Shown one piece after another: positions 25,056 to 39,192 of a DNA stretch of 64,000 nt (the first letter of the stretch is position 1; every line of letters begins with the position of its first letter). Below the pieces are notes generated by a model that was given only the letters and a program-made list of their open reading frames with translations, searched no databases and was not told where the DNA came from. The stretch is from Raja brachyura (lineage: Eukaryota). The DNA is taken from positions 94,054,001 through 94,118,000 of the forward strand of contig OY740784.1 in assembly GCA_963514005.1 (NCBI GenBank). The letters are read 5' to 3'. The position numbers and the translations under genes are program-made.

Positions 25056-26022
25056 AGACAATATACGCAATAGATACAGGAGCAGGCCATTTGGCCCTTT
25101 GAGCCAGCACCGCATTCAATGTGATCATGGCTGATCATCCTCAATCAGTACCCAATTCCTGCCTTTTCTCCATATCCTTTAACTCTGCTATCTCTAAGAG
25201 CTCTATCTAAAGGGCTTGTCCCACTTACGCAACTTTTTCGGCGACTGCCAGCACCCGTCATAGAGTCGTTACAGGTCGCCGAACATTTTCAATATGTTGA
25301 AAATCCAGCGGCGACCAGAACAAGGTACGACTCTTGGTCCATACAGGCTTCACGCTGCGACATGTCTCCTAGTCACCAAAGAGTCGTAGCGTCGCCACTG
25401 AATTTTCAACGTTGAACATTTTCGGCAACTTATGACGGCTGCCGGCAGTTGCCGAAAAACTCGCGTAAGTGGGACAGGCCCTTAACTCTCTCTTGAAATC
25501 ATCCAGAAAACCAGCCTCTGAGGCAGAGAATTCCACACACTCATAACTCCCAGTGTGAAAAAGTTTTTCCTCATCTCCGTTCTAAATGGCTTAGCACTTA
25601 TTCTTAAACTATGGCACCTGGTTCTGGACTCATTGGGAACATGTTTCCTGCCTCCAGCGTGTCGAAACACTTAATAATCTTATATGTTTCTATAAGATCC
25701 CCTCTCATCCTTCTAAATTCCACAGTGTACAAGCCCAGCCGCTCCAATCTATCAACATATGACAGTCCTGTCATCCTGGGAATTAACCTTGTTAAACTTC
25801 GCTCCGCTCCCTCAATAGCAAGAATGTCCTTCCTCAAGTTTGGAGACCAAAACTGCACACAATACTCCAGGAGTGGTCTCACTAGGGCCCTGTACAACTG
25901 CAGGAGGACCTCTTTGCTCCTATACTCCTCTTGTTATGAAGGCCAACATGCTATTCGCTCTCTTCACTGCCTGCTGTACCTGCATGGATACTTTCAGTGA
26001 CTGATGAACAAGGACCCCCAGA
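25056..26022 (-). mobile_element. CR1/HER1 3' part interrupted by a MITE
   Basis: ORF 25604..25897(-) YRALVRPLLEYCVQFWSP. Confidence 0.9.
25211..25482. mobile_element. PIF/Harbinger-type MITE, complete and largely palindromic
   Basis: TIRs agggcttgtcccacttacgc and gcgtaagtgggacaggccct. 3-bp TAA duplication at 25208-25210 and 25483-25485. Excision restores the CR1 sequence ctatctaactctctc. Confidence 0.9.
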
Positions 26023-26075
26023 TGTGACGACGCTGCTTGGCAGCTGCGGCTCACCTGCAGTCTGTCTGTATTTTA

Positions 26076-26385
26076 AGTTGTAATCCAGTACCTTTTGTAC
26101 AGGTCACCCCTTTCCCAGAAGAGATCCCAGAAGTCTATAAAGCTAAATCTTTGCTCTCTGCACCACCCCCCATTCAGAACCCCTATCTCCCTGTTCCTGC
26201 CCTCAATAGCATGAGGTACTGGAAGCAATCCAGGGATAACCACCCTAGAAGTCCTGCTTTTAAGTCTTCTTTCTAACTTCCTAAACTCGCATTGCAGAAC
26301 CTCCTCCCTCTTCTTCCCAACGTCGTTTGTGCCCACGAGCACAACTACTGTCGGCTGTTCACCTTCCCTCTCAAGGATGTTCTGA
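26076..26385 (-). mobile_element. CR1 ORF1 SGNH-esterase fragment
   Basis: VGTNDVGKK...SRVVIPGLLPVP (GTND motif). Confidence 0.8.
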
Positions 26386-26964
26386 CAAAGGGCATCAATT
26401 TAATTTTTTTTACCAAAGAAAGAGGAGGTAGATCAAGAAACTTACTTTTACAAATTGCCAGGGTATTGGAATGTGTTGCCATGTGGAGTGGCAGAGAATG
26501 AATTGCATTGTTTCGTTTTGTGAATGTAAATGTACCTGGCTCCGGAGAGATAACAGAGCTGTAGAATTACTTTTGGATTCCAGCAAAGACTCAATACAAG
26601 CATGGAAAGGTCTCCTTTTGTGTTGAAAACTGGAATATCTAAAGGCATTTCACTATCTGAATATATGAGCAAAATGATCTACATTAAATAGGGGATAATA
26701 GAATAGATCACTAAAGTCTTTACAAAAAAACATTGTGTGTTATGAGCACTATAAAGGAGAGAGAAGTAGAGGCAGAGAGCTTCAGCAAATTTCTGATCAT
26801 ATGGGAAATATTAAAAAGCTAATAGCTGCTACCGGTGGACTAAAGGAAACCGAGGATGTGCAAGATTAGAAATCAGGCAGAATCACTGACATCAGGGCAT
26901 CCCATTTGCTGGTTTTGAATAGAAGATTTGTGGAATTATATCATTGACCCCGATACCCTCTGGT

Positions 26965-28475
26965 GCAACTGTACCTATGGTTACCGTCACAGAGATCAGA
27001 TCAGCATTCCTGAGAGTGAAGCCATCGAAAGCGGCTGGGCTGGATGGAGTTGGTGGCTGTGTTCTCGGAGCTTTAGCGAACCAGCCAGCAGGAGCATTTG
27101 CAAGCAACTTTATCTTCTCCGTACTCCATTCTGAGGTATCCACCTACTTTAAGAAGACCAGGGCCAAAGACAAGCAAGTTAATATGCCTTAATAACTGCA
27201 GTCTGTGGCTCCGACATCCATTATCAAGAAATGGTTTGAGAGGCTGGTTATGATAAACCTTAACTCTAGCATCCCAGACAGCCTTGATCCACTGTAATTT
27301 GCCTACCACCTGACAGGCACAAAACAGATGCCATCTCTCAGGGCCTACCTCATCTTTGAAACATGTGGGAAACAAGGACACCCGTGTTAGACTTCTATTT
27401 ATTAACTATGGTCCCACCTTCAACATCATAATTCCAAACTCCTAAACCTAAGACGCAGCATTCCCTCTGCAGCTAAATTCTTGATTTCCTGACCCAACAC
27501 CACGATCAGTATGGTTAGGGGGCAAAACATCCTGAACAATAATTCTCAAAACCAGTGCCCCTCAAAGCTGCATCTTCAGCCCCTTACTATTCTCCTTACC
27601 TGCAGGTATGTGCCCAAAATGTTGCTCTGACCCTATTTGTAAGTTTGCAGATGACATGATATAGTGGGTACGATCTCAAGCAATGGCAAGACTAAATATA
27701 GGTAGGAGATAGAGAGCTCAGTGACATGGTATCAACAACCTCTCCCTCAATGTTAGGAAAAGGAAGAAGCTGGTCATTGACTTCAGGAAGCAGGGTGGTG
27801 TCAACATCCCTGTCTGTATCAATGATACCAAAGTGGAGATGGTTGAGAGCTTGAAGTTCATAAATGTAATTATCGCCAACAATTTGTCCTGGTCCAACCA
27901 TATTATGGTCAAAAAGGCACACCAATTCCTGGAAGCGAAGCACGCTTGAAGTGGATACCACCTATTTCTACAGTAGCATCACAGCATGGAATGTCAACTG
28001 CTTTGCCCAGGACCACAAGAAATTGCAGTGAATTTTAAACGCAGCTAGTCCATCACGCAAACCAACTCAAATCCCCCCCCCCCCCCATACCCACTGACTC
28101 CATCTACTCATCAGGCTTTCATTGAAAGTAGTCAACATAATCAAGGACCATTCATTCTCTTTCTTTAGGTCTCCAGCTGCTCAGAATTATTAATAGCTTG
28201 AAAGCACATACCACCTGAATTAAGGACAGCTTCTTTCTCATTGTTACCAGACTCTTGAATGGAGCTCTCGTAAGCTAAGAATGCATGACTGATCTCCCAA
28301 TCTATCCATGTTGTGACTCTTGCACTGTTTCTATCCGCTCTTTCTCTGTAATTGTTTCGCTTTATTTGGCATTCTACTTCTTTTACTCTCTTAAACATCC
28401 TTGAAGTACCTATATATATGGTATGAATTGCAGGCACAGCATGCAAACAAAGTTTTTCCCTGTATATCAATACAT
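26965..28475 (+). mobile_element. Degraded Rex1/Babar LINE
   Basis: KPSKAAGLDGV...LANQPAG, VRLLFINY, KFADD and FKDSFF remnants. Confidence 0.8.
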
Positions 28476-28477
28476 GT

Positions 28478-29990
28478 CAGAGTCATGTAGCATGGAAACG
28501 GGCCTCAGGTCCAACTTGTCTGCCAACCAACATGACCCATGTAAGCTAGTTCCATTTGTTGCATTTATCCTATATCCAAACCGTTCCTATCCATGTACTT
28601 GTCCAAGAGATTTTTAAATTATGCTATATTACCTTGCTTCAACTGCCTCCTCTATCAGCTCTTTACATATACCCACCACTCTCTGATGGAACAACCCTCA
28701 GATTCCTATTACATATTGACCCATTCTCCTTAAACTTACAGTATGTCTTCTAGTTATTGATTCCCCTACCCTGGGTAAAAGACTGTGCATTCACCCTATC
28801 TATTCTCCTCATGATTTTATATATCTCTGTAAGACCATGCCTCAGCCTCCTGTGCTCCAAGGAATAAAGTCTTAGCATGCCTAAACTTTCCTTATAGCTG
28901 TAGAAACAAGAAACTGCAGATGTTGGTTTACTAAAAAATGCACAAAGTGCTGGAGTAACTCAGCAGGTCAGACAGCATCTTTGGAGAACATCGATGGATG
29001 ATGTTTGGGATCAAGACTAGTCTTCAAACTGATTGTGGTGGTGTGGGGGGGGCGGGTGGGGCTTGTCATTTGGGGCCTCCTGCATTGACAGTGAGGCAAC
29101 ACACAGACTGCAGTATCTGCACATATTCTGCTTAGAGAGCTTACAGCCCAATGGAATGAACATTGAATTTCCCAATTATACTAACTCTTCCCCCCTTTTT
29201 AGGGAAGCATGTACCTACACTCCTAGATACCTCTGCTTCACAACACTCCCCAAGACCCCGGCATTTACTATGAAGGTTCAGACCAGGTTTGACTTCCCCA
29301 ACTGCAACTCCTTGAGCTTATCTGTTTTAAACTCCTTGTTTAAGAATGAACAGATGCTGGAAAATGAAGGTAGACAAAAATGCTGGAGAAATTCAGCGGG
29401 TGAGACAGCATCTATGGAGCAAAGGAAATAGGCGAAGTTTTGGGTCGAGACCCTTCTTCAGACTCTATTACTTATTCCTCATCCATTTAAACTCCATTAC
29501 ATTCCTCAACCACTTGTCTAGTTGGTCAAGATCCTGTTATAATGTTTGATAACCATCTTCACTGTCTATGATACCATGTACTACAGTATCATCTGTGAAC
29601 TTACTTATCATGCCATGTATATTCTCAGAAAAATCGTAGATATAAACCACCAACAGCAATGAGCCCAGCACCGATCCCTGAGGCACAGCACTAGGTGAAT
29701 AAATAGGGTGACTGCACAGTATGAAAAACAACCATCTCCTTCCTTCCATGCCGATTCTCTATCCAGCTAGCTACCTCTCTCTGGATACCATGCAATGCAA
29801 CCTTCCAGGGCAGCCTACTATGTGGAACATTATCAAAGGCCTTGCTGAAGACAAAGTCCCCTTGCCCTTGTTAACCTTTTTGGCTACTTCAAAAAAATTC
29901 ATAATAGTTGGTACATTTTGGTACATGTGACTGCCACTCAATCTACCAACATGTAACATTCATCCCTTCACCAATAGTGTACCATCCACA
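28478..29990 (-). mobile_element. Old CR1 fragments interleaved with Penelope pseudo-LTR pieces (~28900-29185, ~29345-29465)
   Basis: AVPQGSVLGSLLLVVYI..KFTDD. Penelope LQPNGMNIEF and tgctggagtaactcagc motifs. Confidence 0.65.
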
Positions 29991-31184
29991 AAATACATTG
30001 AAATTACTCGCTCGGGCTTCTCTGCTAGCATAATCTTCACCTGGAACCCCTATGATCAGGTAGTACAGGGGCAGCCAGTAAATGGGAACAACATCATCTG
30101 TATGTTGGAAAGGCACAAAATGCTGGAGTAACACAGTGCGTCAAGCAACCTTCCTGGAGAACATAGACAGGTGATATTTTAGGTCAGGATGTTTCTTTAT
30201 CTGTATGTTGAATTCCAAGTTGCATACCATCCTGACTTAGAAATGTATTGTTTTTCCTTTACGGCTATTCGATTTAAATCCTAGAAATCCCAATCCAACA
30301 GTGATGTGGGATTATCTTCACAAAAACTATTGGCGTGATGCAAAAGAGGCTCATTACCACCTCCTCAAGGGCAATTAGCGATGAGCAATAACAAATGTCC
30401 TTAACAGTGATGACCACATCTCAGAAATGAATAAATAAAAAGATGACTAATGCATAAACATTATTAATGTGTGAAATTAGCTTTATATCAGTGTTTAAAC
30501 ACATTCAGGCTATCGATTGCAACCCATTTATAGCATAATATTGCTAAAATTGACTGAAAACGGTTTGGGGCCATTCTGAAATATATTAAGTTGCTTCATA
30601 AACTTATATGAGAATTATAAATGTGAGCTAAACTCTTTTAATGTGCAATAAAGATGCGAATTGCTTTTGCTCCAAGTTATTACAAATATTAAACATTTTA
30701 GGCCGTTTTTACAGAATTATTTGCCTTTTCAAATAAATTGAGGTTAATAAAATTTGTAACTCAAATTTATAATTAAAAAAATATATAGATATACTGTCAT
30801 TTGCCTCGAGCTTCTTAAAGTTAACCAACAGCAAGATGCTGCAGACACTAGAAATGCAAAATAAAAACAGGGCCAAACATTGCCAACTGTACCAGGTGAG
30901 ACAGCACCTGTGGGGATGGAAGTCGGTGAAATGTTTACAATAATCTTTCTTCAGCAGGAATAACCACAGATTTAACCTTACCTAATAATTTTTTAACAAC
31001 TTCTAGTTCTGATGAAAGCATTATGAGCAGAAGATTTAACTGTTTCTCCTTCTATAGCTGCTGTTGGTTATTTATAGTACTTCTTGTCTTATTTATTCAA
31101 CATTAATATTTTGTGCCAACCTAAAACCTTCTGCTTCCTTGACTGTTTATGCCTTCCTTAGTAATCAATCGCCCAGAAACAATC

Positions 31185-32783
31185 TCCCAGGAATCCACAT
31201 TAGTCAGGAAATGGTGTTAGGTAAACTGTTGGGACTGAAGGCAGGACCTGATGGTCGGCATCCCAGAATACTCAAGGAGGTGGCTATAGAAATCGTGGAT
31301 TCATTGGTGATCATTTTCCAAAGTTCTCTTGACTCTGGATCAGTTCCTGTGGACTGGAGGGTAGCCGACATAACCTCACTTTATAAGAAAGGATGGAGAC
31401 AGAAAACTTGAAATTATAGACCAGTTTGCCTTACATCGGTAGTGGGGAAGATGCTTGAGTCAATAGACAATAGGTGCAGGAGTAGGTGCAGCCAGCACCG
31501 CCATTCAATGTGATCATGGCTGATCATCCCCAATCAGTTTCCCATTCCTGCCTTCTCCTCATATCCCCTGACTATGCTATTTTTTAAGCCATATCTTGCT
31601 CTCTCTTGAAAGCATCCAGAAAACCCACCTCCATCACCCTCTGAGGCAGAGAATTCCACAGACTCACCACTCTCTGTGAGAAAAGGTGTTTCCTCATCTC
31701 CGTTCTAATGGCTTACTCCTTATTCTTAAACTGTGTCCCCTGGTTCTGGAAGCCCCAAACATCGGGAACATGTTTCCTGCCTCTAGCGTGTCCAAACCCT
31801 TAACAACCTTATATGTTTCATTAAGATCCCCTCTCAACCTTCTAAACTCCAGAGTGCACAAGCCCAGTCGATGCATTCTTTCATCATAGGTCAGTTCTGC
31901 CATCCCGGGAATTAACCTGGTGAACCTACGATGCATTCCCTCAATAGCAATAATGTTCTTCCTCAAATTAGGAGACAAAATTGCACACAATACTTCAGAT
32001 GCGGGCTCACCAGGGCCCTGTACAACTGCAGTAGGACCTCCTTGCTCCTAAACTCAAATCCTTTTGCAATGAAGGACAACATGCATTAGCTTTCTTCATT
32101 GCCTGCTTTACCTACATGCTTACTTTCAGTGACTGATGTACAAGCCCATCCAGGTCTCGTTGCACCTCCCCTTTCCCTAATCGGACACCATTCAGATAAT
32201 AATCTGCGTTCCTGTTCTTGCCACCACAGTGGATAACCTCACATTTATCCACATTATACTGCATCTGCCATGAATCTGCCCACTCACCCAACCTATCCAA
32301 GTCACCCTGCAGCCTCATAGCATCCTCATCGCAGCTCGCACTGCCACCCAGCTTTGTGTCATCCACAAACTTGGAGATGTCACATTTAATTCCCTTGTCC
32401 AAATAGTTAATATATATTGTAAATAACTGGGGTCCCAGCACCAAGCCTTGCAGCACCCCACAAGTCACTGCCTGCCATGTTAATTCCTACTCTTTGCTTC
32501 CTGTCTGCCAAACAGTTCTCTATCCATGTCAATACCCTACCCCCAATACCATGTGCTCTAATTTTGTACACTAATCTCTTGTGTGGGACCTTGTCAAAGG
32601 CTTTGTGAAAGTCCAGATAGACGACAACCACTGGCTCTCCCTTATCCATTCCACTTGTTACATCCTCAAAAAACTCCAGAAGATTAGTTAAGCATGATTT
32701 CCCCTTCATAAATCCATGCTGACTTTGACGGTTCCTATCACTGCTTTCCAAATGCATTGCTATAACATCTTTAACAATCGACT
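31185..32783. mobile_element. CR1/HER1 copy whose 3' 1.3 kb (31462-32783) is inverted relative to its 5' part (31185-31461)
   Basis: The + part ends ...VVGKMLES; the - part begins SIVKDVIAMHLES and runs to the tail at 31462. Confidence 0.75.
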
Positions 32784-32808
32784 ATATTCAAGGAATTGAC
32801 TATATTCT

Positions 32809-33422
32809 AGGAATCGAATATAGGAGCAAAGAGGTCCTTCTGCAGTTGTACAGGGCCCTAGTGAAGTATTGTGTGCAATTTTGTCTCCTAATTTGAGGAA
32901 TAACATTATTGCTATTGAGGGAATGCATCGTAGGTTCACCAGGTTAATTCCCGGGATGGCAGAACTGACATATGATGAAAGAATGAATTGACTGGGCTGA
33001 CAGTACATTTCACTGGAATTTAGAGGGATGAGAGGGGATCTTACAAAAACATATAAAATTCTAGAAGTATTGGACAGGCTCGATGCAGGAAAAATGTTCC
33101 CAATGTTGTGGGAGTCCAGAACCAGGGGGCACAGTTTAAGAATAAGGGGTAGGCCATTTATGACTGAGTTGAGGAAAAACCTCTTCACCCAGAGAGTTAT
33201 GAATCTGTGGAATCCTCTGCTGTGGAAGGTAGTGGAGGCCAATTCACTGGATATTTTCAAGAGAGCGTTAAATCCTGCTCTTAGGGCTAAAGGAATCAAG
33301 GGATATGGGAAATAAGCAGGAAACGGGTACTGAGTTTAGATGATCAGTCATGATCATATTGAATGGTGGAGCTGGCTCGAAGGGCCAAATGACCTACTCC
33401 CGCACCTAATTTTCTAATTTTC
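32809..33422 (+). mobile_element. CR1/HER1 3' part
   Basis: ORF 33028..33315 and the 3' UTR. Confidence 0.88.
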
Positions 33423-34814
33423 GAATAGGAATGCAGATTACCAGTTTCTATGATTTGTGTACTGCCAATAAATATGTTGGAGGACGAATAGACCTTCTAA
33501 ATTCTGGCTGCTCTGTATGCACCCGACTTTTCTTGAATTCCAAAAAGTACTTTAAGATGGGAAAACATCCCATGTTTTTTCTCCAAAGCATTATTACAAT
33601 GATCTTGTAAGAATTAAGTTTTTTAATAAAGGTAAAAGATTTTGTAATAATATCATACAACTGACAGAAACACATACAATTACATTAATAAAACTTCAGT
33701 CAGTGGTTATAGTTCCCAGGTAAAATGTTAAAATACAACCAAATGTTACCTATTCTTATTTTCCGATGTAAAAGAAAAATCAATAGGATTGTTGGTTAAA
33801 TAACTCAGATCACACTTCAATGCGGATTAAATGGTAAAAAAACAAAGCTGTAAGTTTACAGGCCAAATCCAATTTAAAAATGGATCAGTATTAGTTTTAA
33901 AATCATGTAACCCATCATGCCTTTGTGTTGTTTCTTCACGGGAGTTAATGGTTCACTCCTCTGATCTGTTGTCCAGAAAATTACTCCCCTTTAACGTTTT
34001 GCTGAATGTGTTTTATTATTTTTTTGGAACATGGTAGCAATCAGCAATCAGCAACAAGCTCTTTTGATGGTCATATTGAATCTGCTTTATCCATTCTTTC
34101 TGGTTTTGCATTCCTGATCAAGACAGCTTGTGTTAAAATATTTGCTTTCCTCATGCCATTAGTTTTTTTTGTAATTAACTGAAACCTATTCTGTTTGTGA
34201 AGTTCAGTGAAACCTTCTCACGTTCTTATCCAGTGGGAGTGGAATAGACATATAATTATCCCAAAGCAATTCTGTTGAGTTTGGGTTGAACATTTAAAAT
34301 CCTGAAAATCTGATACCCCACTCTTAACTCTCTTTCAGTAAGTGCTTTCACAATAATGCTTATGAGCCAGGAAGAATAAGAATGGGTTCCCACTCACATT
34401 ATACCTATACCTGCCCCCAACTCCCTTCAAACCTTTCACATGCCCCAGCTCATCTCATCAGATCCTCTTAAATTCCATAATTAGACAAGATGGACAAAGT
34501 GCATAAATACCTAGGGGAGACAAATGACATTTGATTAAAAATCTCTGAGGAAAAAGCATAGGTGAAAATGCATGGAACAGCAAGTTGTCAAATTGATAAG
34601 TAAGATTAAATTGTGGTGGCATTTGTGGACTTCTGGCAATAAAGACAAGATTTATTAGTATTCTTAGCCCTGATGTATTGAGAAAAAGAGTGTTGGAATT
34701 AAAGGAGAATAATTAACAGCATTGACTAGAGATGGTTATCTGAATGAAGGAATGTGAAAGTGCTATTGTAGCTTGTAAACCATAGGTCAGCAAATAGGTG
34801 AAGAAGTTTCAGGT

Positions 34815-34940
34815 TTAAGAAGGAACTACAGATGCTGGAAAATCGAAGGTAGACAAAAATCTGGAACTCAGCGGGGAGGCAGCATCTATGGAGCGAAGGA
34901 AATAGGCAACGTTTCGGGTCGAAAACTTTCTTCAGACTGT
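34815..34940 (-). mobile_element. Penelope pseudo-LTR fragment with a hammerhead core
   Basis: Minus strand reads CTGAAGAAAGTTTTCGACCCGAAACGTT. Confidence 0.7.
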
Positions 34941-35267
34941 TTTAGTTTCAGGAGCACTTTTTCAGATACGTTTCAAGAAGGTGAAAAACTGCAAGGTTGT
35001 TAGAATGGGATTTCAAGAGACATAAAGTCATGGAATGTTACAGCATGGAAATAGGTCCTATGACCCAACATGCCCATGCTGACCCAGGTGGCACAATGGA
35101 CTATTTGTCGATAGCCCTGTAACACTTCCTATCCATATAGTTGTAAAAATATAGCCATTATATCCACTTATTTCATTTGGCAGCTCTTACCAGATACGGA
35201 CTACCCTCCTAGTCAAAATGTTCCCTCTGAGATCCCCCTTAAATCTCTTCCCTCTCATCTTAACCTC

Positions 35268-38200
35268 TTTTGGGGAAGGAGTGACCTATATGAAAAGGAC
35301 GGGTTGCACTTGAACCTGAGGGGGACCAGTATCCTGGCGGGGAAATTTGAAAAGGCTACTGGGGAGACTTTCAACTAGAACGGTTGGGGGGCGGGACTCA
35401 TAGAATCATAGAAAATAGGTGCAGGAGTAGGCCATTCGGCCCTTTGAGCCTGCACCGCCATTTAATATGCGACAGAGAATTCTAGAGACTCACCACTCTG
35501 CATGAAAAAAGATCTTCTCATCTCCGGCCTAAAAGACTTCCCCTTTATCCTTAAACAGTGACCCCTTGTTCTGGAGTTCTCCAACATTGGGAACAATCTT
35601 CCTGCATCTAGCCTGTCCAACCTCTTAAGAATTTTGTAAGCCTCTATAAGATCCCCCCTCAATCTCCGAAATTCCAGCGAGTACCAGCCGAGTCTATCCA
35701 GTCTTTATTCATGTGGAAGTCCTGCCATCCCAGGAATCAGTCTGGTGAACCTTCTCTGTACTCCCTCTATGGCAAGAATGTCTTTCCTCAGATTAGGAGA
35801 CTAAAACTGTTCGCAATACTCCAGGTGTGGCCTCACCAAGACCCTGTACAACTGCAGTGGAACCTCCCTGCTCTTGTACTCAAATCCTTTTCCAATGAAT
35901 GCCAACATACCATTCGCTTTCTTCACAGCCTGCTGCACCTGCATGCCTACTTTCAATGACTAGTGTACCATGACACCCAGGTCTCGTTGCATCTCCCCTT
36001 TTCCTAATCGGCCACCAGTCAGAAAATAATCTATCCTCCTGTTTTTGCCGCCAAAGTGGATAACCTCATGTTTATCCACATTATACTGCATCTGTCATGC
36101 ATTTGCCCACTCACCCAACCTATCCAAGTCACCTTGCAGCCTCCTAGCATCCTCCTTACACCTAACACTACCCCCCAGCTTAGTGTCATCCGCAAACTTG
36201 GAGATGTTGCATTTATTTCCCACATCCAGATCATTAATATATATTGCAAATAACTGGAGTCCCAGCACTGAGCCTTGCGGTAACCCACTAGTCACTGCCT
36301 GCCATTCTGAAAATGACCCGTTTACTCCTACTCTTTGCTTCCTGTCTTCCTGCCAATTCTCCATTCACATCAATACTGAACCCCCAATACCATGTGCTTT
36401 AAGTTTGTATGCTAATCTCTTATGTGGGACCTTGTCGAAAGCCTTCTGAAAGTCCAGATATAGCACATCCACAGGTTCTCCCTTATCCACTCTAATAGTT
36501 ACATCCTCAAAAAATTCTATAAGATTTGTCAGACATGATTTACCTTTCATAAATCCATGCTGACTTTGTCCAATAATTTCACCGCTTTCCAAATGTGCTG
36601 CTATCCCATCTTTAATAACTGACTCTAGCATTTTCCCCACTACTGATGTTAGACTAATTGGTCTGTAATTCCCCGTTTTCTCTCTCCCTCCCTTTTTAAA
36701 AAGTGGGGTTACATTAGCTACCCTCCAATCCTCAGGAACTACTCCAGAATCTAAAGAGTTTTGAAAAATTATCACTAATGATTCCACTATTTCTGGGGCT
36801 ACTTTCTTAAGTACTCTGGGATACAGCCTATCTGGCCCTGGGGATTTATCAACATTTAATCCATTCAAATTACCTAACACCACTTGCCGGCTAACTCAGA
36901 TCCTCCATCTCATTTGACCACCGGTCCCCTGCTATTTCCGGCAGATTATTTATGTCTTCCTTTGTGAAGACAGAACCAAAGTAGTTATTCAATTGGTCTG
37001 CCATGTCCTTGTTCCCCATGATCAATTCACCAGTTTCTGACTGCAAGGGACCTACATTTGTTTTAACTAACCCTTTTCTCTTCACATATCTATAAAATCT
37101 TTTGCAGTCCGTTTTTATGTTCCATGCCAGTTTTCTTTCATAATCTATTTTCCCTTTCCTAATTAAGCACTTTGTCCTCCTCTGCTGGACTCTCCCAGTC
37201 CTCTGGTAGGCTGCTTTTTCTGGCTAATTTGTATGCTTCATCTTTAGTTTTGATACTATCCCTGATTTCCCTTGTTATCCATGGATGCACTACCTTCCCT
37301 GATTTAATCTTTTGCCAAAGTGGGATGAACAATTGTTGTAGTTCATCCATGCAGTCTTTAAATGCCTTCCATTGCATATCCACCGTCAACCCTTTAAGAA
37401 TCACTTGGCCAGTCTATCTTGGCCAATTCACTATCTTGGCAAATTCACGACTCAAATAGAGAAAGCTAGTAGACAGAGTCTGAGGCAGGAGGCAGAGATG
37501 GGAAGTACTCAGACACAACATGTAGGGGGGAAAGAAGAAAAAAAATAGAGAATAAGAGGTGGTGGGTTTCTTAAATGTGTGAGCAGAGAGAAAGAGGGGT
37601 ATAAAATGAGGGCACAAGCAATTGGTAGCAAGATGAAAAGTAAAAGTGGCAGGCAGACAAATCCAGGGCAAAAATCAAAATGGGCCAATTTTCAACATAA
37701 TTGTATAAGGCGTAAAGGTGTTGTAAAAACAAGCCTGAAGGCTTTGTGTCTCAATGTGAGGAGCATTCGTAATAAGGTGGATGAGTGAAGGTGCAGATAG
37801 CTATCAATATAGTTGGGATCACAGAGACATGGCTCCAGGGTGACCAAGGCTGGGAGCTGAACATCCAGGGATATTCAATACTCAGGAGGGATAGACATAA
37901 AGGTAAAGGAGGTGGGGTGGCGTTGCTAGTTAGGGAGGAGATTAACCCAATAGAAAGGAAGGACATTAGCTTGGAGGGTGTGGAATCGATATGGGTAGAG
38001 CTGCGAAACACTAAGGGGCAGAAAACGCTAGTGGGAGTTGTGTACAGGCCACCTAACAGTAGTAGTGGAGTTGGGGATGGCATCAAACAGGAAATTAGAA
38101 ATGCGTAAAACAGTTATAAAGTGCTTCAATCTACATATAGATTGGGTGAATCAAATTGGCAGGGGTGCTGAGGAAGAGGATTTCTTGGAATATATGGGGA

Positions 38201-38955
38201 TAGTTTTCTGAACCAACATGTAGAGGTGGCCGATTAGGAAAAAGGGAGATGCAACGAGACCTGGGTGTCATGGTACACCAGTCATTGAAAGTAGGCATGC
38301 AGGTGCAGCAGGCAGTGAAGAAAGCAAATGGTATGTTAGCATTCATAGCAAAAGGATTTGATTATAGGAGCAGGAAGGTTCTACTGTAGTTGTACAGGGT
38401 TTTGGTGAGACCACACCTGGAGTATTGCGTACATTTTGGTCTCCAAATCTGAGGAAAGACATTCTTGCCATAGTGGGGGTACAGAGAATGTTCACCAGAC
38501 TTATACCCAGGACATTCACTGGGTAGACTCAGCTTGGACTCACTAGAATTTAAAAAATTGAGGGGGGATCTCATAGAAACTTACAAAATTCTTAAGGGGT
38601 TGAACAGGCTGGATGCAGGAAGATTGTTACTGATGTTGGGGAGATCCAGAACAAAGGGTCACAGTTTAAGGATAATGGGGAATTCCTTTAGGTCAGAGAT
38701 GAGGAAAACATTTTTCACACAGAGAGTGGTGAGTCTCTGGTATTCTCTGCCACAGAAGGTAGTTGAGGCCAGTTCATTGGCTATATTTAAGCGAGAGTTA
38801 GATGTGGCCCTTGTGGTTAAAGGGATCTGGGGGTATGGCGAGAAGGCAGGTACAGGATACTGAGTTGAATGATCAGCATGATCATATTGAATGGTGGTGC
38901 AGGCTCGAAGGGCCGAATGGCCTACTCCTGTACATATTTTCTATGTTTCTATGTT
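35268..38955 (+). mobile_element. CR1 copy (ORF1 end, APE endonuclease, internally deleted RT, tail) split by an antisense CR1
   Basis: FWGRSDLYEKDGLHLN from 35268. Resumes at 37449 with LCLNVRSIRNK, IVGITETWL and GGGVAL. Jumps at ~38226 to the RT C-terminus. Confidence 0.85.
35401..37448 (-). mobile_element. 2-kb CR1/HER1 RT region inserted antisense into another CR1
   Basis: ORFs 36365..36883(-) (KSPGPD, NYRPISLTS, YLDFQKAFD) and 36095..36364(-) (PQGSVLG, KFADD). gactca duplicated at 35395-35400 and 37449-37454. Confidence 0.92.
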
Positions 38956-39192
38956 AAGTCTATGCCCTATAATTTTAGAATTCTCTGCCTGGGAAAAATA
39001 AATTCATTTGATCCGAGCCCCTCGTGATTGGTACTTCTCAGTAAGATCACGTCAGCCTCCTATGCTGCAAGGAAAATATTTTCAAGTTCTCCCATGAACT
39101 CAAGTCCACAAGCCCTGGTAACTTCTTGTTGAATCTCCTCACCATCTTTATAACATCCTTATAGTGGATGAGTGACCAGAACTATTTCTATT

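Noticed and set aside
35401-38225. Head-to-head CR1 pieces as a twin-priming inversion
   Set aside because: The plus-strand piece continues 35268-35400 across a gactca duplication, so this is a nested insertion.
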